This document shows positions 35,923-43,514 of a stretch of 43,514 nucleotides of DNA, one piece after another. The notes under the pieces were generated by a model. The model saw only the letters and a program-made list of their open reading frames with translations. It did not search any database and was not told the DNA's origin. The stretch spans positions 29,906,968-29,950,481 of the forward strand of contig JBOZIK010000001.1 of NCBI GenBank assembly GCA_051453625.1. Direction: 5' to 3'. Made by a program: the position numbers and the translations under genes. Source of the DNA: Welwitschia mirabilis. Lineage: Eukaryota. Positions within the stretch are counted from its first letter, which is position 1; each line of letters begins with the position of its first letter.

Positions 35923-36100
35923 CGCGCGGGCGCATATGTGTGTGTGCATGAGCACATACATGTGTGTGTTTATGTCTGTATTTGTGTATGTGTGATATAT
36001 CACACTTGCTAGGGTCATTGGTTTGCTTTGTTGAAGGATAATTCATAGATGATCTTGATCTACCTAGGAGATGATCACTAAATGTCGAGGTCTCACTTCA
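34860..36100. repeat. Diverged long tandem units sharing a cacttgcta.g.tcatt motif, each with a TG-rich tract
   Basis: 34880-35040 aligns with 35460-35630 (ataaaacataaag...tatttca...catgaaat). cacttgctag/aggt at about 35152, 35283 and 36003. Confidence 0.75.
35743..35993. repeat. Compound (TG)n/(CG)n microsatellite
   Basis: Two long (TG)n runs, each followed by a CG run: (CG)6 at 35787-35798 and (CG)7 at 35915-35928. Confidence 0.98.
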
Positions 36101-38882
36101 GATTTAGGACAAAAATAGACACCCATGGTTTTTATCTGACCAAGCAAACTCATGACCTTAGTGAATGAAATATGATTTTCCACCATGGTATTTTGGAGGC
36201 TATTATGTAATATATGACCTACATTTCCTCCATAATTTGCATGCTTTGTTATATATATTTCATACATGTTTTCATATGTCATTCATAGTGAAAGAGTTAA
36301 GTAATTCGGCCTATATCATGCTCATATAATTTCATCTTTCCTTTTCCTCAAGCCCTCAAGGTTGTGAGTTTTTTTAAAGATGAGGCCTTATACTTCATAA
36401 AAATAATTTGGTAAAGGGTAGTTGTTTGAAATCCAAAGGAAGAAATTAGAAGAAAGATTGCTTTGCTTCTAATACATTTCTTGTTTTAGAAAGTTAACAC
36501 TCATATTCTTAACATGCATGGACCCCCATAAAACTAGATTTTTTAACTTCTTAAAAACATGAACAAAATAAAAATTAAAGTTTGGGAAATGTCAAATTTC
36601 GTTTTTGCACATGTTTATGTTATATTCTTATTTGAGTTAACATATAGATGATGTACTTTTAGAAACTTTTGATCCTAAATGCTTATTTTCATCTGTAGTT
36701 ACATGTTTCTATATAGAGAGATACTCATTTTAATTCCTATCTTATGTGTTATGAATTGTGAGTGATTTTACATGACCTCATAGAGGGCTTTAACCATTTA
36801 TGATTAACCCATTTGAATAAATTTTTTCATTTGAATATTATCATATCATATGTATACATATTTTAATTAAATTCTAGGGATGTAACAACCTACTTTTCTT
36901 ACATTTCAATTGTATAAGTAAGAGACTAGCAATAAATTGGTTGTGGATGCGTTGAAACATATATTTCACCTAGTGTTACCCCTTAATTACACTTACTTCA
37001 TCATTGCCATAGAATCATTTATGATAATCCATGGATTTTTTCATGTTTTGAACCATAATTACTAACCACCATTATGCTATGACATAGATTCCCATAGGCT
37101 ATGTTAACATACTAGAAAAGAAAAATCTTTAGGCCCCACTTTAAACCACACTAGATAGTTATTCGATTATGCTATGATGATCTACTTCTCTAGCATAATG
37201 ATATATTAAAACTATGAACCCATATTTTGAGAACTATATTCCTATTACACAACAAATTGCAAATATATGTTAAGGTAGTTGCTAAGAGACCATGATATTA
37301 AAATATTTGTATTATGATATCTTTTTACATTCTATTATGTATCTTACAAAGTTGTTGGTCATTTTTTAGGCAAAGATGCTTGTAAACCTTATATGTATAT
37401 GCTAGTTTTCCTTATGAAGTATACATCCAAATATCATATTATTGTTGTCATTATCACATACCATGATTATGATCTTGCACTTATAAACTTTAAGATCTCT
37501 TTCCAAGCCTTAGAGTAGAGAGATAGTCATTTCATGCACCAAGCATTGAATGTTATGATATCTTGGAGGCATTATTGTAGCATTGGTGATATGCATCTTT
37601 AATAAGAAATTGACTTGTAACTATTTTTTTAAATCCTTGATGCTTTCCTTTATTATTGATGTGTACCTTTATGGTTCCATATTTTATTGTGTATTTGGGT
37701 TATGTTGATAGCCCCAACTGTGCCAAAAATGTAAAATCAATTACTGATGCATTTTATATTTGGTAATTAACCTTGTCCTTTATGTTAACTGGTCTTAATA
37801 ATTGAAATGAGATTATAGCCATTACTTAGTCACTTGGCCATAAGTGGAAGAATAGTTTACTTATTTGGCCATAAGTGGAAGAATGGTTTGTTGTAACATG
37901 TTAACCATTTCCTAAGCTAGCATTTTAACTATTTCATGTGATAATTGTGTAAGCCTTTCTACACCATCATCATATTGATTTCCTGATACTCTTTTTACAT
38001 TTCTCTTTCTATTGCTAATTTCAAAATTAATCTCTTAAGCTTTAATACTAGTTTAGATACTTGCTATGTAAGGATGACATTCTAATTTAGATTAATTAGT
38101 ATTGCTTATGGCATAACTATAAGATGCAATCTGTGTAGCATGTTTGATCTTGAGTATGATAGATAATTGTGTTTTCTTTCTTCCTTAAAATAGGACTTTC
38201 CATCTTTATCATTAGCAATTATATGATAAGCAATGGTTTAGTTTTATCTTAAAGGAGGACTTTCCATCTTTGTCATTAATAATTATCTTTGCAATATAAT
38301 CCTTAATAAAAATGTGGGACAATTTGATGAAGAAGATAACATGTTGAAAGAGAAGGTGATCTTGGTGGATGTGAGATATGTTAAGCATGTAAGACCAACT
38401 TGCCTTATAAGGTATAACTAACAATGGTAATTCATAGATTGTTTGAGACAACATGTAAGCGTAACAAAATTCTTGAATCATGCACCATAAGTCATGACGT
38501 GAATCATATTAAATGGTAAGTCTTTATTTTCTTTTCTTTTCTCTTCTTTTCTTTTTGTGAAAAAGTTATAAATCTGGCTCTATGGCGATCAATGCATTAC
38601 TAACAATATTAGCTTTTCAAAATATTAGGTATATTAAATATAAAATAATTTTCCTTGAAATTTCTTCCCTTGACTTCCAAGTAACTAATTTTTGTCTAAC
38701 AAATTTCATAAAGTAAAAGACTTCATCATAAAGAAACCTTTAATCTTGAGGGGTAAAGAACAAAGAAAGTTAAGATTATCTTAGCATGGTAGAGACTTAA
38801 TTACCTAGCTTCTTCACTATAAAGACTAACCCAAAATGAAGGATAAAAAAATTGGAAAATGCAAATGATAATGTTATATTTT

Positions 38883-39435
38883 AAGAGCCTAGTCAATAGT
38901 GTAGTTGATTTAACCCATCTTTATAAGTTATTAGAATCTTTAAAGTCTTAGATTCAAATCTTTTGATGTGTGGGTTAGTGTGTGAATTATATTCATTTAT
39001 TTAAGGTTCACCTGGGCATAGTCTTTAACATGTTAGGTATAAATCATAAGCAAGAATTAGACATTTATTGGTTAGTTCTTAAGCTACTGAAGGCTTTTCA
39101 CTTAGCTAAGCAAGGCAATGATTGTGGAAAGTGTGATACAATTGTCCATAACCAAAAAAACCTTACCTTTCAAAAGATAATTCCTTTTAAATTTTTAATC
39201 TTTCCTTTCACGCATTGAAAATTAAATTACAAAGAGCCTTACACATAGCATAGTTGGTTCAACTCATGCTTAAAAGATACTAAAAATTTTAGAGCTCTAG
39301 GTTTGAATCCTATGGTGTGTGGGTTGTCTTTTGGTTTATATCCATTTATTTAGGGGTACACTCAAACATGGGCTTTAATGTCTTAGGTATTAATCACATT
39401 TAAATCTTGAACATTTAGTGATCAACTCCCAAGCG
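38883..39435 (+). mobile_element. Two diverged tRNA-derived SINE-like copies (about 38883-39085 and 39232-39435)
   Basis: Copy 2 has A-box TAGCATAGTTGG (39246-39257) and B-box GGTTTGAATCC (39300-39310, CG>TG of GGTTCGAATCC). Copy 1 has tagtgtagttga (38897) and agattcaaatc (38950). About 200 bp are colinear, offset 349 bp. Confidence 0.6.
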
Positions 39436-39873
39436 AATAGGAACCATCCATGAGAACATAGTTTTCATGAATCAAGTGTCTCTGGAGCACAAAAGGATGA
39501 CAAAAAAAGGGGAAAAAAAGGAAGGAACTTGAATATGACATTATTTTCCTCTAAACAATCTTACATTATGCTCCTTATAAACATGATGTAATATATGAAA
39601 AAGTAAACTACAAAAGGGTAAGAAGGGGGAAAAAGCCTTTTATCGGCCTATAAGCCGATTCCATTATTTATCTAAGGGTTCAGCATCATTTAAAAGAACC
39701 ATATACTACTTTTTCATTTAAAAAAATAAAATATCAATCCTGTGTTATCCACATACAATAAAATAAATAGTGTCTATAAAGGATTATTCTTTAATTTTAT
39801 GAAAATAGCTAGGATTTGTAATTTGCCTTTTTTTTTTTTTTTAAATAAAGAGTTAGCCAGCTAGTTAGGTGTG

Positions 39874-42526
39874 TGTTGTACCCCACATTTTGCAATCTTT
39901 AATTAGTAAATGTAGTGATATGATTATGAGAGCTTCTAAATTATGTGATACATTTTGATATCAAATTTTAATAAAAATTCTTTTTTTTAATGAGAATCAA
40001 TGTGCAGGTTTACAATTATAATGTATTATATTTCTTATATCAAAGAAATTTTTTGAATTATAAGGTCACTTAATTAGTTAATCTTAGTTTCGGATAATTT
40101 TATTATTTTAAATAATAATGATAATCCTGAAAGCTTTAATAGGAAAATAAATTAATAAACTAAGGATATCCAACCATTAATACTAAATAAACATATTTAT
40201 GATAAGACATATCATTTATATGGTTAAATAGTTAAATCAAAAAATTTACATAAAAGTGTAAAATAATAATTAAATATCTACGAAATGGCATGTGATTTTA
40301 ATTATTTATTCATGTGCCTTATTCAAATCTAAAAATAAAGAAAAAACTAAAATTACTTAGTAAAAGTGAAAGAATAATAAGTAAGTAAAAAGTAAGAGTA
40401 CTATGTTCAGCTATGACATTTTCTTATACTCGATTATAACGTTTCCTTTACAATCAATTATGACATTTCTTTTTTATGATTTGTGTTGTTAATGTGATGG
40501 ATCAGGAAGAGTGTAAACATATGAATAAAAAGATACATTATTTTTCATAAACCAAAAAGGATAAATGATTAGAATTTATTCTATCGTGACTTTATCTGTA
40601 TTGATATTTATGAAAATACTTTTTACATAAAATTTTACTTTTCTTGTTGTGTCACATGACAATTTTGAAATTGGTGCATTTGTTTTTCCAATACATTTTA
40701 AATATGTTTTAGATTGATTATGAACCTATGAAAGATTAAGAAGGAAGTAGCATGAGGAAATGATGCATATACTTAATCTTGCTAATTAAAGTAAGAAAAT
40801 TACTCACCTAAATTAGGTGAATAAGTTATATATTAGATTCCTTTTATCATTCATACATCACTTTTACTTCTTACATAAGCTCTTATAACTTCTCATACAT
40901 TAATATTATCATTTATCACTTATATATAAATGCCACTTCTAAACAAGCTCGTCTAACTTGTTATTGATCAATCTTACCATTGTCATTTATATATCCATAT
41001 CACTTTTATACAAAGTCCATCCAACTTATCATAGATTAATCTTATCAATCAAAAAGAGATTTCTTTACATTATGGGTAAAATAATGTGGGTGATCTTTAA
41101 CTAATTATATTAAGAACATTTGCTACATCATCTATGTATAAATAGAACCCTCTTATTTTTTTTTAAGCTAATAATCTTTAAGCAAGTTTATGCCTTCAAA
41201 ACTTCTTCAAAAAATTTCTTCTCAATCTTCTTCGAGGATCATCAATGTTTTTCCCTCCAAGTAAATTCTTCTTTCATAAGAATTTTAACTTCATTTCTTA
41301 TATTAAGCCTATGCATATAATTATAGTATTAATGTAGTATTAATGTTGTCCCTCCCATTAGCTAAGACTAAGATAAGGGAGAGATTTGAAGGATCTCTTT
41401 ACATGCTTAGTTGATGAAGATACCAATGGATACTTTTCCTTCTATTATTGTAGACTAAGATAAGGGAGAGAGGTGAGGGACCTCTTAACATGCTTAGATT
41501 CTATATTTCTGATAGATATTTTAGCCAAGTAACCAGGGGTTTCACTATATTTTTAGGTATCCATATTGTTTTGTATTATCTTATTTTTGGGAATGCATTT
41601 TAGATTCTTTTGCATCAGATTGACATTAGAGTTCTTGTTAGGGTGAATGATTCTGATCCTCAAAATCTATTTATGCTAGGTACTCCTTATCAGAAAATCC
41701 TAAAGCTCATGATAAGTTTATATTGTTTATAGTTGTGTTTTATATACTTAATTTATATTATTTTGTAAAAATTAGTATGAGTTCTCTTATCCTTAATTTA
41801 GTTAAAGTTACTTTTTCCCAAAAGTGAAAAATAAATCAAGAAAGCTATAGCTCATTGAATACTAAGTAAATCTTTATAAAAAATCTTTATGTAAGTTTAA
41901 AATCATGTTAGTTATTTAAAATTTTTAAAATAGAAATTTTTCTAAGAGTAAATAAATTTTTAAAATTTATTTTATGAAAATAATTCAGAAATTGCAAGCA
42001 AAATATAGTAAGCAAAAATTCTTAGTTTTTTAACTTAATAAAAAGTATTAATTAAATGATCACAACCTATATAGAATTCAATAATTTTTTTTAAAAAGTA
42101 TTTACTCATTTAAAAGCTTCAAGTAGATTAAAAGTTATGGCCATTTGAGTTAAAAGTATTATTTTAGCAACTCCAAAATTTAGGTCGTCTTTATAGCCAA
42201 AGTTTGACCCTATAAGATGTATCTATATTAATTTAAATTAAATAAAACTAATTTTTAGGGATGATATGATGCATCTAGTTTAAGAAAAGTGAGTCAACAG
42301 TTTTTAATATTTTTAAATAATTAATTAGAAATTTTTAGTTTTAATGCCTTTAAAAGCTAAGAAAATTTATAAATAATTTTAATGATTATAGAAAATTATT
42401 TAATGTAAGTATCTACTTATTTTACATACTATATATAATTTATAATTAACTTATTTTTTAATTATTTTGATATACTATTTATAAATATTTAAGCCCTTAT
42501 TCTTGAATTTCAATTTATCTACTTAA

Positions 42527-42577
<51 letters not shown>

Positions 42578-43514
42578 CTTAACTTTATTTGTATATAAAT
42601 ACTTATAATTTATAAAGAGGATTTAGAAGTTGGCTTAGTTCCATAAATGACCCATTTTTCTGCAATAGAACTTGGATGTGTTATTGTGCCTTATTTGAAA
42701 AAAATTATTATAATGGAAAAACATAAAGTGGTGTTTTCTTTCATTTATCCTCACTATTATGCTTTGCAAATGTATGATTTTCCTTTTATGTGGAATCAAA
42801 ATGATGCTTATATACTTTAATTTTCTTCTGTATGATTGTTTTCATAAAATAAAAGTAATGATGATTAGACTTATTTATTCTAGGTAAACAATCCACTAGA
42901 TATCCATATAATTTTATGCTTGCATTTGTATGGTGTATTTATTTAACTAAATTAAGATAATCTTAATAATTATTCATCTTCATACATGGTTTTTATTACT
43001 AAGATGGATTGCATTGTACTTTTATTTATAAACCCTTTTAGAAGTGGATTTAATCACCACTCTCCTAACCTACCCATGTATGGACTTACTCTAACTTAAT
43101 ATCTTGATCCATTGACATCAAAGGATTATGTTACACTATCTTAAGATGCTTTAAAGAAGGAGGGTTCATTTGTAAGCATGCATCCGCCTCACGTACCACT
43201 TGTTACTTCTGTTGGGGGTATATCAAGGTGAAGTCTAAGTCTATAGAGGTAAGCCCAACCATGTTTGTATAGTCTAAAACCAAAGTAAAATCAATGCATG
43301 TATGAAGGGTGGTCAGATATCAAGTTGGAATGCTATTAATGGAAGTCATAACTTCCTATTATATTGGTTAAACAGTATCTTAAAACTTATCCATGTATGT
43401 TATAAAACAAGTTAACATTCCATCAACTTTATACAAGATATTTTTATGTAGTAAAAACAAAAGTTAGGAATAAATATAAGACACAATTTTGACATCATTG
43501 TTATATGTAAACCA
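39874..43514. mobile_element. Long Tekay/Del-type LTR, probably extending beyond the window
   Basis: Starts TGTTGTACCCCACATTTTG, homologous to 18604-18678 (cccacattttg...ttctaaa.tatgt...acattttgatat). AT-rich, non-coding, with internal sub-repeats (agactaagataaggg at about 41365 and 41452). Right extent is inferred. Confidence 0.65.
42531..42574. repeat. (TA)22 microsatellite
   Basis: Perfect TA run. Confidence 0.98.

Noticed and set aside
35631-36046. Cys/Val- or His/Thr-rich ORFs
   Set aside because: Translations of the (TG)n/(CA)n microsatellite.
39240-39322. Functional tRNA gene
   Set aside because: B-box is mutated, I could not build a convincing cloverleaf or anticodon arm, and it is part of a duplicated SINE-like unit.

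Overview
AT-rich, CpG-depleted land-plant nuclear DNA with five N gaps. The repeat repertoire suggests a gymnosperm or other non-angiosperm, but that is inference. There is one intact gene: a two-exon LRAT/NC-domain (permuted NlpC/P60) gene similar to Arabidopsis PSE1, join(22359..22452,22843..23477), 242 aa, in a CpG-retaining island. The rest is mostly old, nested transposon debris: an L1-type LINE (about 0.4-3.7 kb), a CRM-like Ty3/Gypsy gag-pol (about 5.9-13.4 kb, minus), two Athila-type LTR+PBS modules (13.4-19.3 kb), Tekay-type LTRs (18.6 kb and 39.9 kb to the end), a near full-length RTE-X/L2-like LINE (28.8-32.7 kb), tRNA-derived SINE-like repeats and microsatellites. There is also a decayed plastid 23S rRNA fragment. 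The most notable structure is a gag-only Copia element (6580-10064; 242-bp LTRs, PBS, PPT, 5-bp TSD) inserted into the Gypsy integrase. Its leader carries an antisense, intron-retaining, CpG-rich fragment of a Gnk2/DUF26 (cysteine-rich receptor-like kinase type) gene. All alignments and translations were done by eye; no database searches were run.
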